Below, one piece after another: positions 1 through 11,084 of a stretch of DNA of 64,000 bases. Within the stretch, counting starts at the first letter, position 1; each line of letters opens with the position of its first letter. The DNA comes from a virus (Duplodnaviria > Caudoviricetes). Position numbers and translations under genes: made by a program. The stretch spans positions 64,001-128,000 of IMG/VR virus record IMGVR_UViG_3300032030_000007, one strand, 5' to 3'. The notes below the pieces were generated by a model. It did not search any database, had not been told where the DNA came from, and saw nothing but the letters and a program-made list of their open reading frames with translations.

Positions 1-36
1 AAACCGGCAATCAAAACAAGGATTATCCATAAATTA

Positions 37-1753
37 TTAAAGTTTAATATCAATTTTTAAATTTAACTTAGGATCTATTTCAACTTCAATACAATCAAAT
101 CCACAAAATCCATTCAAATACTTATGAATATTTTCTTTCCACCAAATTCCAAACATCATACAGTCACGTAATAATGCAGATTCCCAAGTTGGAGTATGAT
201 AACCAGGATATGAATAATTTTCATTTCTATAGATTTCGAGTCCAGAATACAAATCAGCGTTCTTACTAAAGAATACAAAATTCTCACCAAACCATCTAAA
301 TGGCTGTTTACGCTCTTCATCAGTCAAATAACCTTTACGAAATGGATTAGAACGAAATCCCTTACCATTTTCAAAATAACTATCAATATTCTGTGTCATA
401 ATTAATATAATTTAATATAAACATTTTCCATAATATTTCATAAATATATTGTGTGCTAATATTTCTGCAGATAATCCTCTTAAATTTGTATTTTGTATTA
501 CCCAATTCTTGAGGATTACATGCCTTGATTTTATATATGATTCACTTAACATTAAACAAATAATTTTAATTATTATTCATAATTTTCATAATCTTGCCAA
601 TCATAATGTTTTCCAAAAATATGAATCATAATTGGATAATATACTTTATATTCCCAAAATCCCTTACACAAAATATAATACTTGAAATATTGCCAATAAG
701 AACATTCATACCATGCACGAATTTTTCTCCCAAGTTTAGTATACATAATAAACCTTTCAGTTGGTCTTTCTCCAAGTTTAAAATCAGGTTCAGACCATTG
801 AATCATATTGTATTTCCAAAGCCAATTCATAACTTCAGGAGTATGATCTCTTTTCCACCTACTTTCTGTGCTACGATTATACATTGTACAAGAACTAAAC
901 TTATGAGCAGTTTCTCCCTTACGAACAAAATATTTCTTAAGCCACATAATATTTCTTATTTATTATAATTCTACTTTATATTAATAATCCCAAGTTTCAG
1001 GTCTCGCATTGTCGTAATCTTCAAGATATCTGTTTTCCATTATCTTATCTTCAATAGCAAAATTAACAGCATCTTTATATTCCTTTGAATTGGGAGCATA
1101 TCCTGAACACCAGTCAGCATCAACATCATAAATCTTTTTTGTTTTTGTTGATATAATACGAACTCCATTAAAATGAACTGTTACGTTCTTCTCAAAATGA
1201 TAAGTCTTATAATTGAATTTCTCCTTAAAGAATCGTTTCATTGGACGTGGTGCGATAACACAAATAAAATCTGCGCCATCCTCAATAGCATTACGATATC
1301 CAATTGTAAGATAAACTTCCTTTCGTTTTCCTACCTCACGATTAACACTGCTGTTTGAACGAACAATTACAAAATCACCAACATTAATAGTATTCATATT
1401 AATAAATATTTAATTCGTGTGCTAATGAATGTTTCTTTAAACATAGTTTTTTCCAAATCTCCATACTTATTGGTATAGTAAATGGAATAATGAACTCCAA
1501 TAAATTATATAAAAGTTTTTTCCTACTCATTGGTCATATCCATAATAAGTTCTGAATTCTTAAACTTCTTCTGAAGCCAAGTAATACCGAGAAGCTCGAA
1601 GATTTTCTCCTTAGTAAAATTCTTAAGATACATAAACAGAATTCCAAGAATAATGAAACCGATAAAATTATAAGAATTAACGTTTTCATTAAGAATCATT
1701 ACCATTGCCATTACTGACAGAATGTAAAACGAAATGGAATTTAAAATCTTCAT
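37..1753 (-). other. Run of small hypothetical genes (37-399, 573-947, 981-1397, 1523-1753 membrane protein) downstream of a conserved promoter
   Basis: Co-oriented, closely spaced ATG ORFs; promoter motif at 1785-1813; 1523-1753 has hydrophobic segments. Confidence 0.7.
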
Positions 1754-1784
1754 ATTTTTTATTTTTATTTATATTAACAGTATT

Positions 1785-1813
1785 AATATAGTTAAGATAT
1801 AAAAAAATTCAAA
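1785..1813 (-). promoter_or_regulatory. Conserved phage promoter TTTGAA-N15-ACTATATT (copy 1)
   Basis: Same motif with identical spacing at 7 intergenic sites, each upstream of a minus-strand gene run. Confidence 0.8.
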
Positions 1814-1865
1814 TATAATTTAATTTTTATGAATTAAATGAAATAAAAATATAATATAAAAAATT

Positions 1866-2609
1866 ATGATATATTTAAAGAAATTCAATAATGATATTGA
1901 AAGAAGCAACTATATAAAATCAAACTTTGTTTCTCCGCATTTATTTTTAGATGTTGAAACTAAGAACGTTAATTATTTACAGCATTATAAAAGATTAGAA
2001 TATATTAGCAGTACACAAACAGGTGGACAGTATATAGATTTAGGATGTCACTTATTGGAAAATACAGATGACATTAAAATAGATATAAAGTTTAATATTA
2101 GAGATGTAGGTAAATCATCTTCAGGTAGTGATCCTAATTTAGCAACATTAATTGGTTCACAATCAGAATCAGGATCACCATGGCCTGGATTTATATTAAG
2201 AAGAAAATCAACATCAGGTTTCCCTCTTCATTTACAAACAAAATGGGCATTTACAAATTCAGTTAAAATTGGTAGTAATAAATGGGAATCAAAATATTTA
2301 TCATATTATGGAAATGATCAACGTACATGGCAAACTATATATGAATTTTCAGAAACATTAGATAACATACCGCAATCGCAAGTCAATGATTGCACATGTA
2401 CTTTATTCTGTGCATTTGACGGTAATGGTAATCCATTCAGATATGCTTTAGCTGATTTATATTATTTGAAATTTACAAAAGGAGGACACATTGTTAGAAA
2501 CTTGATACCAGTACAAAGAAATTCAGATAATGAAGTTGGACTTTGGGATATGGAAAATCAAGTATTCTATACATCACAAGGAAATGAACCTTTTGTAGGA
2601 ACAGAATAA
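1866..2609 (+). CDS. Putative virion appendage/tail-fibre-associated protein, probable LamG/concanavalin-like domain
   Basis: YIDLG and VRNLIPV..DNEVGLWD...FY motifs typical of phage fibre domains; N-terminus resembles that of 39321-41234. Confidence 0.5.
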   Translation: MIYLKKFNNDIERSNYIKSNFVSPHLFLDVETKNVNYLQHYKRLEYISSTQTGGQYIDLGCHLLENTDDIKIDIKFNIRDVGKSSSGSDPNLATLIGSQSESGSPWPGFILRRKSTSGFPLHLQTKWAFTNSVKIGSNKWESKYLSYYGNDQRTWQTIYEFSETLDNIPQSQVNDCTCTLFCAFDGNGNPFRYALADLYYLKFTKGGHIVRNLIPVQRNSDNEVGLWDMENQVFYTSQGNEPFVGTE

Positions 2610-2661
2610 ATGTAAAATAATTTTAATTATAAAGATATATTTTAAATCTTAATAGATAACA

Positions 2662-2745
2662 TAGATCTTACTTCTAATGCGGTCAAACTATAAAGTATTA
2701 ATAACTATACATATTATAATTTGACCGCATTAGAAGTAAGATCTA
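2662..2745. repeat. 84-bp element with perfect 26-bp inverted arms
   Basis: tagatcttacttctaatgcggtcaaa (2662-2687) is the exact reverse complement of 2720-2745; lies between convergent genes. Confidence 0.95.
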
Positions 2746-2752
2746 AGATAAT

Positions 2753-3604
2753 TTATAAATCTTTAAGTTTTATTATTTCATTATCATTTGCCAATATCCA
2801 TGCTTGTCTTGAATCTACCATAGCTATTTTCTTTTCATTATCAACGTGTCCTTCATCAAATCCGTAAGCTGCCAAAGTATGACCAAATATTTGGAAAGGT
2901 CCTCCTTCATTAGCATTATCAAAAGACCATTCTTCATAGTCTGCCCATATACAGCTACCATTTTCTTCATCTCCACCACGTAACCAAGAAGCAGACCATA
3001 ATAAAGCTTGACCTTGCCAATCCAATTTAAATTGATTTAATTCTTCAGCAGTTGGCGTTATATTAGCTAACATATTACAAAATGGCATACGTTCATCTGC
3101 AACTATTTTTGTTTTATTGCCTAATTTATCTGTTCGTGTTTCTTTATTTCTTGTAATACAGTTCTTGCCAATGAAACGCAAATGATCTAACCAATATTTT
3201 GTAGCACCAGCATGTGTATATAAATATCTTTCATCATTGATTGTTTCTTCATAGGCTATATTAAATAATGTAAAATTCTTTAGAAACAAATCTTTAATGA
3301 TTTGAAAGTTCATAGGATTTTCATCTACTCTTGACTTAAATTCACAATCATACCAATAATGCATATCATGATTGCCAATCAATAAATGAATTCTATTATC
3401 ATTTTTTGCAGTTTCTATAATTTCTTTAAAGTTTTCAATTGCTTGTTTTCTTGTTATTCCTTCAAAATCATAAGGATCAACATAATCTCCCAAAAATACT
3501 ATGTTTAATTCTGGGTATTTTTCTTTTGGAAATTTTTGTATAGCATCTTTCCAAAATGTTCTTCCATGTATATCTGGTAATATTAAAGTATGTATGCTAT
3601 TCAT
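2753..3604 (-). CDS. Calcineurin-like metallophosphoesterase
   Basis: DIHG, GDYVD, GNHD, HAG and GHT motifs. Confidence 0.9.
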   Translation of the reverse strand: MNSIHTLILPDIHGRTFWKDAIQKFPKEKYPELNIVFLGDYVDPYDFEGITRKQAIENFKEIIETAKNDNRIHLLIGNHDMHYWYDCEFKSRVDENPMNFQIIKDLFLKNFTLFNIAYEETINDERYLYTHAGATKYWLDHLRFIGKNCITRNKETRTDKLGNKTKIVADERMPFCNMLANITPTAEELNQFKLDWQGQALLWSASWLRGGDEENGSCIWADYEEWSFDNANEGGPFQIFGHTLAAYGFDEGHVDNEKKIAMVDSRQAWILANDNEIIKLKDL

Positions 3605-3824
3605 AAGTCTTTATTTAGTTATATTAAATATGTAAAAGATACATATAGCAACAATAATTAATACGATAATTATTGCAAACATATCTGTTAAACTACTTTG
3701 ATATATAATTGTGTTATTCATATATATATTATAAAATAAAAATAAAATAGTAAATAGCTGACATTATATTTTACTGGAAAGAATATTATTTTTAATATAT
3801 TAATTAATATTATATATCATACGT

Positions 3825-6569
3825 ATGAACGAAGAAACACTTTCACTTATTAATAGTATTAAAGCTAAAAAGATTTCTCAAATGCCTATATTGGATGATA
3901 ATGAAGACTTTGAAAATCTTTGGGTTTTATTAGGATATAAGAATGAAGAAGAAAATCGCGCAGAAAACTATAAAGTAAACATATATCAGTTAGCTCAATT
4001 GTTAATAGATACTGGTATGTTGACTGGTGGTGGAAGCAATCATACAATTTCTTATTCATTAAATAATATATCTACAACATCACCTGATGTATTCACTGGT
4101 GTTAATGCATCTATAACATTAGTTCCTGATAGAGGTTATGATTTACCTGATGAAAATGCTATTAGTGTAGCCGGAGCAAGAATTACATCATATAATCCTC
4201 AAACTGGATTATTGAAGATTGCTGCTTCACCAGATGCTGAAGTTATAACTATATCTGCGAATGGTATTCAAAAAGAATATTCATTAAATTTATATTTAGA
4301 TTATATAACATCTGATTTGGATAATTCTCAAGAAACATATCATATTGATGATGTAGTTGAAATTAATTTTGAAACAACAGAACCAGAACGTTTTGATTTA
4401 CCTGCAAGAGCAAATATTACATATGCTAATTTGCAAATATTATCTTATCAAAATAATGGCTCAACTGGTACATTATCATTTAAAATAAATGGCACAGGAA
4501 ACCCAACAATTAGAATGACTGGTGAAAGAATTTATGTATATTACTTTGGCCATTCAATATCTGGAGATAATATTCTTGAATATAATGATTATGGAATACC
4601 AACAGGCCCAGGTTCTCGTTTCAATAGTTTGATTAACGCTCGTGGAAGATGCCCAATTAATTTTAACGATAATTATGTTTGGCCTGATGGAATTAATGAT
4701 GGAGATGTATTTGTTATAGTTCCTAAAAGATTCTTTATACCAGAAGCTAATTTATATAGAGATGACGAATATAATGGATATGATCGTGTTGCATCTACTT
4801 TAGGAATAAAACGTGTTATACAACAGAATTATTCTGATAATTCATTAATGTATTATGATTTTAGATACCAAGATGTAGAATACTGGGCATATTGTATAAC
4901 TCATGAAGGTATATCCGAATTTGATAAATTTAATAGTATCGGAGATATATCAACAAAACCAATATTTATTAATTGGGTAACAACAATACCTGTATTGGCT
5001 GCAAATAAGAATATAACTATTGATCCTGGATATTGTAACGTAACATTAGGTAATGATACATCAAGTATAATTGAATGGCCTAACTTTAATGTAAGTGTAA
5101 ATGTAGGTACAGCAGATACTACAGGTTCATCAATTGTTTATAATTCTGGTTTAATAACTGAAGATACTGATGTAACATTTACTGCAATATATCGTGGAAT
5201 AGTAAAAGATACTAAAGATACTACAGTTCCTGCTCCAGGCGAAGATGATAATCTTGTACATATATCATATGATTTAGGATTTGATGAAATTGAATCAGGT
5301 CAATCACTTACATTAGATAAGACTCGTGTAATTGGTTATTATGCTGATGATCCTGATAATCCTGATAATTTAACACAACGTCAATTGCCAAAGATTAACA
5401 GTATTGCATTTAGTAAAGTTAAAGGTTCTATTAATAGAGTATCTGATACTATATCTACATATACTGCTCCTTCTAATGTATTGACTGATACACAAGAAAC
5501 TATTACAGTAACATATAAGTCTAATTGGAGTTACCCATGTCCAATAACTATTAAAGCTGTTGATTGTGTAGATATTTATTGGCCAACTAAATTACCATAT
5601 TCTATTTATGATAATGAATTGATTTCACCAGTAGATATTACATGTTATAAAGAAAAGCCTAATGGAAGCTATGAAAAGATTACTGAACCAGTTACATTAA
5701 CTGTATCTGCAGGATCATATGCAAATAACATATATACTCCTCAAACAGTTCAATCTAATACACCAGTAACATTTACATTATCGTGGAATAACTTTACAAC
5801 GATGAAACAAGTTATTATTAAGCCAGCAACTGTAATTCAAAACACAGGATTATATTATTACATAGGTCAATACTTACCATCTGTTAATACAAATCCTGAA
5901 AATGATTTAAGTCAAACTAATTCATCTTCAGCTGGTTGGAGAAAGATTAATGGTTCATTATCATCTTATAGATCACCTAATTCAATAATTAATGAAACTA
6001 TTAAGTTATATGAAAACGTTAATGATTCTGTTACATATTATGTAGTTGTTCCTGATAATGTTGAAATATTTGAAAATAATGATACAAATGCAAATATTCA
6101 ACGTTATGGAGATTCAATCAATATTGGTGGATTATTCTATAATACATATCGTATAACTGGTAATTCATTCAACAAGAAGCTGTTCTATACAAAATCACAA
6201 ATGTTCTATTGGTATGTAGGTCTTGATAATCCTGAATCACCTGAGGTTGATCCTAATACAATTACATATGAAAATAATGCTCCTGGTTGGCATATTATAC
6301 CAAATAATATAACAACATATACAGATAAGGCAAATAATCCAATATGGTCTATTAATGGAGATCCTGATAATGCTATACCACTTGCACCAGGATTAACACC
6401 AGTTAATTATTATATTGCATTGCCTCGTGGCGTTAAAGCTGCTGATGCATTTGGTGATATATCATTACAAACAACAAACAGAACAATAACAATAGATAAT
6501 TATGAATATATTGTTTATACAAGATCTGAATTAGGCTGGGCATATACATTATATTATCCTAATGCTTAA
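3825..6569 (+). CDS. Large beta-rich putative structural/adhesin protein with Ig-like and internally repeated domains
   Basis: 914 aa, rich in T/N/I/Y/P; repeated Y[YW]Y[IV]G...GW module near the C-terminus. Confidence 0.5.
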   Translation: MNEETLSLINSIKAKKISQMPILDDNEDFENLWVLLGYKNEEENRAENYKVNIYQLAQLLIDTGMLTGGGSNHTISYSLNNISTTSPDVFTGVNASITLVPDRGYDLPDENAISVAGARITSYNPQTGLLKIAASPDAEVITISANGIQKEYSLNLYLDYITSDLDNSQETYHIDDVVEINFETTEPERFDLPARANITYANLQILSYQNNGSTGTLSFKINGTGNPTIRMTGERIYVYYFGHSISGDNILEYNDYGIPTGPGSRFNSLINARGRCPINFNDNYVWPDGINDGDVFVIVPKRFFIPEANLYRDDEYNGYDRVASTLGIKRVIQQNYSDNSLMYYDFRYQDVEYWAYCITHEGISEFDKFNSIGDISTKPIFINWVTTIPVLAANKNITIDPGYCNVTLGNDTSSIIEWPNFNVSVNVGTADTTGSSIVYNSGLITEDTDVTFTAIYRGIVKDTKDTTVPAPGEDDNLVHISYDLGFDEIESGQSLTLDKTRVIGYYADDPDNPDNLTQRQLPKINSIAFSKVKGSINRVSDTISTYTAPSNVLTDTQETITVTYKSNWSYPCPITIKAVDCVDIYWPTKLPYSIYDNELISPVDITCYKEKPNGSYEKITEPVTLTVSAGSYANNIYTPQTVQSNTPVTFTLSWNNFTTMKQVIIKPATVIQNTGLYYYIGQYLPSVNTNPENDLSQTNSSSAGWRKINGSLSSYRSPNSIINETIKLYENVNDSVTYYVVVPDNVEIFENNDTNANIQRYGDSINIGGLFYNTYRITGNSFNKKLFYTKSQMFYWYVGLDNPESPEVDPNTITYENNAPGWHIIPNNITTYTDKANNPIWSINGDPDNAIPLAPGLTPVNYYIALPRGVKAADAFGDISLQTTNRTITIDNYEYIVYTRSELGWAYTLYYPNA

Positions 6570-6590
6570 TATAATAAATAACATAAATAA

Positions 6591-6619
6591 AAAAGGAGAA
6601 CTTAATCGTTCTCCTTTTT
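6591..6619. terminator. Bidirectional intrinsic terminator
   Basis: aaaaggagaa...ttctcctttt hairpin between convergent genes. Confidence 0.65.
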
Positions 6620-7096
6620 GTTTTCATCTAAATTCAATTTCTTCTGTACAGGTAATTTTCCTTTGTCTCTCAAATATGTTAATCTTGAACAAAATTCTTG
6701 CGTAGTCAATACAGTTTCAGACTTCTTATTCTTACCCATAGAATGAGTTAATGTTGCTCCTTTTGAAGCTTTTAATGCAGATTGAAATTTACCATTTTCA
6801 TATAATGCATTATAAGCTCTATTCAATAGATCTTGATATTCATCTGAATCTCTTTTAATTGGCTTTCCTCTCCAATATAATGTCTGTTTCTCTTGCCAAT
6901 TTTTATTTCTACCTTTTTTCTTTGCAGCATATCCAACCAAACTGCATACATATTCTTGCATATCCTTTGATTCAAATTTTAATCCTTGTAAGAATCCTTC
7001 CATAGAATTACATTGAACTCCATCTATAATAAATGGGTGAGGAGAGAAGTTACTTAATGCACCCGCAGGATATCCATTTTTACTTCCTATATCCAT
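6602..7096 (-). CDS. T4 gp30.3-like NADAR-family protein (putative DNA ADP-ribosylhydrolase)
   Basis: YPAGALSNFSPHPF..DGV.C.SMEGFLQ.LK and WQ..QTLYW.G motifs characteristic of the phage gp30.3 family. Confidence 0.75.
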   Translation of the reverse strand: MDIGSKNGYPAGALSNFSPHPFIIDGVQCNSMEGFLQGLKFESKDMQEYVCSLVGYAAKKKGRNKNWQEKQTLYWRGKPIKRDSDEYQDLLNRAYNALYENGKFQSALKASKGATLTHSMGKNKKSETVLTTQEFCSRLTYLRDKGKLPVQKKLNLDENKKEND

Positions 7097-7107
7097 AATT
7101 TTTAATT

Positions 7108-7629
7108 TTAAACTGGTGTTCTATTTCCTAATGTTATTATTCTTTGATTTGTACTTCCTCTGAATGGTGTATGTGATATATCTCTTAATTCTTGTTTATA
7201 AGGTCCATCTACCAATACATCAATATTGTCTAATATATCTTTCTTTAATCTATTAACTCTGCTATCATCATTATCTTTAATTATGTCTTCATAAACATAC
7301 CCAGTATATAACCATATTGTTTTTGTTGGGAAGTTTAATCTTACCCATTTAATAATATCTAATAATGATATTAGGCCACGTTCATCCTGGCATAATGGAT
7401 CACCGCCCGAAAATGTAAGTCCATCTACATAATCTCGTGAAAGCCAATTTTCAAGTTTAGATAATATAAAATCTTGTTCTTCAATAAAATCTTTTCCTTG
7501 ATTAAAATCCCACGACCATTGGTTATGACATCCTGGACAGTGATGATGACACCCAGCTACCCATAAAGTTACACGAATTCCATTTCCATTATTAATATCT
7601 GGTGCAGTTATATCTAATATTCTAAGCAT
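7108..7629 (-). CDS. nrdG: Anaerobic ribonucleotide reductase activase (radical SAM)
   Basis: NGNGIRVTLWVAGCHHHCPGCHN (CxxxCxxC), SGGDP, DVLVDGPY, FRGSTNQR. Confidence 0.95.
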   Translation of the reverse strand: MLRILDITAPDINNGNGIRVTLWVAGCHHHCPGCHNQWSWDFNQGKDFIEEQDFILSKLENWLSRDYVDGLTFSGGDPLCQDERGLISLLDIIKWVRLNFPTKTIWLYTGYVYEDIIKDNDDSRVNRLKKDILDNIDVLVDGPYKQELRDISHTPFRGSTNQRIITLGNRTPV

Positions 7630-7642
7630 TATACATATTAAT

Positions 7643-8722
7643 TTATTTATTTAACCATTCTTTTAATTCTTCTATATCCCAAAATTCAATATAGTTTAAA
7701 TTGTTTTGTTTTACAATATTTCTTTTATTAACATCTCTTATTGTCCAAGTTTCTAATTCTAAATCATATCTACTAACAGATTTATTTGTTTCTTTATGCC
7801 TACGTTCTGCCTTTTGTTTTAATATTTCTATATCTTTTGAATCTTCTTCTGTTCCTAAATATGGACGCCCATGATGAAATTGTCCATATTGACATTCTAT
7901 AAAAAGATCTAAACTTGGAATATAAAAATCACAATTAAAAGGATAACGATCATTATCTTTATAATGATGAATAACATCAGGATATTTTTGTTTTAATAAA
8001 TCATATGATTCTAATTCTGTTTTTGATGTATGAAATGAATTATTTTTTCTTTTAGTTTCATATTCTTTTTCTTTAATAAAATCTAAATATCTTATATGTA
8101 TAACTCCATATTTTTCTAACCAAGTTTGCTCTCTTGTTTTATATATTTTTTCTTTTATTTCTTCAACTTTTGCTACATTATCAACTCCGTATTTTTCTAA
8201 ACATGTATTAACTTTTTTAATTTTAATATCATCAATTATTTCTTTAACTTTAAATGAATTATCAACTCCATATTTCTCTAAACAAGTTTGTTTGTATTTA
8301 TTTTGTGCTTCTTTAGTTTTAAAAATATTATCAACTCCATATTTCTCTAAACAAGTTTCTTTACATTTTTTTCTATTATTATAATTTCCTTCTCCATATT
8401 TTTTAATAGAATTTTGAATTCTTAATTTAGATATTTCTGGATCCAAATTACCACACTTAGGTGAGCAATAGTCATTAAATAATTTTTCTTTATGATTATT
8501 AAAATTAACATGACCGCCACAATATTTACAAACAGGTCTTATTTCAATATTATATTTAATTCTATAAATAGTTTCACATAATGATTCAGAATCATTATAA
8601 CGATTAATCAAATAATTATATATATCAATATTTTTATTTAACCAACTTTGTCTAATTCTTGAATGTAAATATTTATTATCTTTAAAAAATATTTTTATAA
8701 TTAAATCATCATTAATATTCAT
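7643..8722 (-). CDS. Putative free-standing homing endonuclease (Zn finger, TCLEKYGVDN repeats, C-terminal PD-(D/E)xK/Vsr-like nuclease)
   Basis: CKYC...YCSPKC; about 5 KYGV-type repeats; CDFYIP..DLFIECQ...HHG...YIEFW; inserted between nrdD and nrdG. Confidence 0.7.
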   Translation of the reverse strand: MNINDDLIIKIFFKDNKYLHSRIRQSWLNKNIDIYNYLINRYNDSESLCETIYRIKYNIEIRPVCKYCGGHVNFNNHKEKLFNDYCSPKCGNLDPEISKLRIQNSIKKYGEGNYNNRKKCKETCLEKYGVDNIFKTKEAQNKYKQTCLEKYGVDNSFKVKEIIDDIKIKKVNTCLEKYGVDNVAKVEEIKEKIYKTREQTWLEKYGVIHIRYLDFIKEKEYETKRKNNSFHTSKTELESYDLLKQKYPDVIHHYKDNDRYPFNCDFYIPSLDLFIECQYGQFHHGRPYLGTEEDSKDIEILKQKAERRHKETNKSVSRYDLELETWTIRDVNKRNIVKQNNLNYIEFWDIEELKEWLNK

Positions 8723-8723
8723 A

Positions 8724-11084
8724 TTAGTGTTTTATATGTTTGACTCTATGTCTAAATTCATCTTGTTTTGCAAAATTAAAATGTTTAACTGTTGTTGATA
8801 AATAACCAGTGACACGACCTAATTCATCTATTTCTTTACTTCCACATTTTGGACATTCTGTTAATGTAGTGTCCCATATTCTTTCATGGCAATTATGGCA
8901 CTGATTGATTTTTACATTAATCGCGAAGTATGGTACATCATGTTCCATTGCATAATCAACAATCTTTTCAACTGCATCAATATTATAATAGCAATTACTT
9001 GGTAATTCGGTATAGACAATACATCCAGCATTTGAATACCCCGTTAGTTGACTTTCGATATCAATCTTTTCAAATGGATTACATTCATGCCATACAGGTA
9101 CATGAATACTATTTGTAAACCATTTCTTTTCTTCCTTTTCTCCATTTTCATTGATAATATATGTTACATTTTCTTGTTCAAATCCTGGATTCATTTGTTT
9201 AAATTTCTTTAACGCAGTACCACAAAGTGATTCGGCTGGAGTATAGTATACACCAATATTAAGTTTATATTGCTGTTTATATTCAGCACAACGTTTCTTA
9301 AATAATCCTTCAATTAATTTTGCATATTCCATTCCTTTTGGTGTGGTATGATCAAATTGGAATATAATTTGTAATGTTTCTGCAAGACCTAATTGACCTA
9401 ATGCTAATGTACCATGCTTTAATGCAGATATAATTCCTTCTTCTGGTTTATATCCCATCATTGTACCATTTTCATACATGAATTTACCAGATTTTGGAGA
9501 TTGTGAAGCAATATGATTAAATCTTTCAATTAATGTATCTTTAGCTTCTCCGATTTTCTTATCAAGTATATTCATAAACTCAATGAATACTTCTTCATTT
9601 GAATATACTCTGTTTTCTTTATTAGCTTTCTTTTCAACTTTTTGTTTTGCTAATAAAGCCAATGTTGGCATAATGACTGTAACTGGGCAAATATTACCAC
9701 GTCCATCTTTCTTTTGTGGATTAACACCAGGTTCTGCATTAATATCAGCGCCATTATATGTGCGGCATCCCATTGTGCTTACATAAGTTGTTGGATCATT
9801 CTTATCATAACCTGCATTAACTGACCAATCAACATTACAGTAATTAGGATATATACGCATAGATGTTGATTTTAATGCCAAACGTTTCAAATCGTAGTTT
9901 GGAGTTCCTGGCTTATCATTAACACCTTTCATATATTGAAATATACCACATGGGAATATTGATGTAACACCCTTTGAACCAAGACCTTCCATTGATACAT
10001 CAAGTAATGCACGTGTTACCATACGGCCTTCAGGTTCTGTACAAGTTCCATAGTTGATAGACGTAAAGGGGAGCTGATTGCCTGAACGACTTTGCAAAGT
10101 ATTTAAGTTGTGATAGAGTCCTTCTACTGCTTGATATGTTTCACGTTTTGTGTCATCTAAAGCACGTTGTCTAATCTTAAGATCTAATGAATCTTTATTT
10201 GCAAACTTAAAATCTTTATCTTTTAATTTAGTTTCAATATAAAATTCAGTAACTTTATTTTCAGTCCAATGCTTATATGCTTCATAATCCATAGACAAGA
10301 TATCTAATTCATAAAACGCATCTAAATGTTGTATCCAATCTACTATATAATGCTTTCTAAATGATTTACGAACATAAGGTACCATTGTCCAATCTAAATG
10401 TGAAGCTGATACACCACCAAACTGTTGCAATGATTGTAATTGGAATAATACAGCAACCAATTGCATAGCTGTATTGACTGAACCTGCAGGACGTACATCT
10501 GTCTGACGTGTCTTAAACCCATTAGCAAGTTGATCATCAAGTGGCATTGTTAAACAATTATGACGTCCATCAGCCCATGCATCCAAATCATGTATATAAA
10601 CCATATTCTTTTCATGATTACGACGGCTAGTCTTGGACATCATCTTAAGAGCTTGGTCTTTACAAACAACACTTGCTGCTTCTCCAACTCTACCACCATA
10701 AGATTCCTCATCTAAGTTTGCATTCTGATTTTGAATATTTTTACCAAACAATGCTGTCTGAACATCTTTAATCAAATCTGATTTCTGTTCTCTTATTTCT
10801 TCTCTTTTTCTACGATAATTAATGAATGCTTCTACAACTTCAAACTTATTTCTTTTAATTAATTCCTTTTGAATAACATCATTAATTTCTTCTACTCCAG
10901 TACCTGCTCCATTGTTTTTAATGATTACTTTTTCTACAGATTCTTTTACTTGTTCCAAAAATTTATCAGGTACTTCTTGTTCTACTGCTTTAAACGCTTT
11001 TGATACAGCATCTACTATTTTTATAAAATTATACTCTTGTATTGTTCCATCTCTTTTGATAATATTCATCTTTTCATAATGCAA
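8724..11084 (-). CDS. nrdD: Class III anaerobic ribonucleoside-triphosphate reductase with N-terminal ATP cone
   Basis: IIKRDG ATP cone; TMGCRT, TPAESL, CHNC..CPKCG, RVTGYL glycyl-radical motif. Confidence 0.97.
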   Translation of the reverse strand: MHYEKMNIIKRDGTIQEYNFIKIVDAVSKAFKAVEQEVPDKFLEQVKESVEKVIIKNNGAGTGVEEINDVIQKELIKRNKFEVVEAFINYRRKREEIREQKSDLIKDVQTALFGKNIQNQNANLDEESYGGRVGEAASVVCKDQALKMMSKTSRRNHEKNMVYIHDLDAWADGRHNCLTMPLDDQLANGFKTRQTDVRPAGSVNTAMQLVAVLFQLQSLQQFGGVSASHLDWTMVPYVRKSFRKHYIVDWIQHLDAFYELDILSMDYEAYKHWTENKVTEFYIETKLKDKDFKFANKDSLDLKIRQRALDDTKRETYQAVEGLYHNLNTLQSRSGNQLPFTSINYGTCTEPEGRMVTRALLDVSMEGLGSKGVTSIFPCGIFQYMKGVNDKPGTPNYDLKRLALKSTSMRIYPNYCNVDWSVNAGYDKNDPTTYVSTMGCRTYNGADINAEPGVNPQKKDGRGNICPVTVIMPTLALLAKQKVEKKANKENRVYSNEEVFIEFMNILDKKIGEAKDTLIERFNHIASQSPKSGKFMYENGTMMGYKPEEGIISALKHGTLALGQLGLAETLQIIFQFDHTTPKGMEYAKLIEGLFKKRCAEYKQQYKLNIGVYYTPAESLCGTALKKFKQMNPGFEQENVTYIINENGEKEEKKWFTNSIHVPVWHECNPFEKIDIESQLTGYSNAGCIVYTELPSNCYYNIDAVEKIVDYAMEHDVPYFAINVKINQCHNCHERIWDTTLTECPKCGSKEIDELGRVTGYLSTTVKHFNFAKQDEFRHRVKHIKH

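Noticed and set aside
8100-8410. Direct repeats resembling a CRISPR array
   Set aside because: In-frame coding repeats (KYGVDN) within one ORF; irregular spacing and no cas genes
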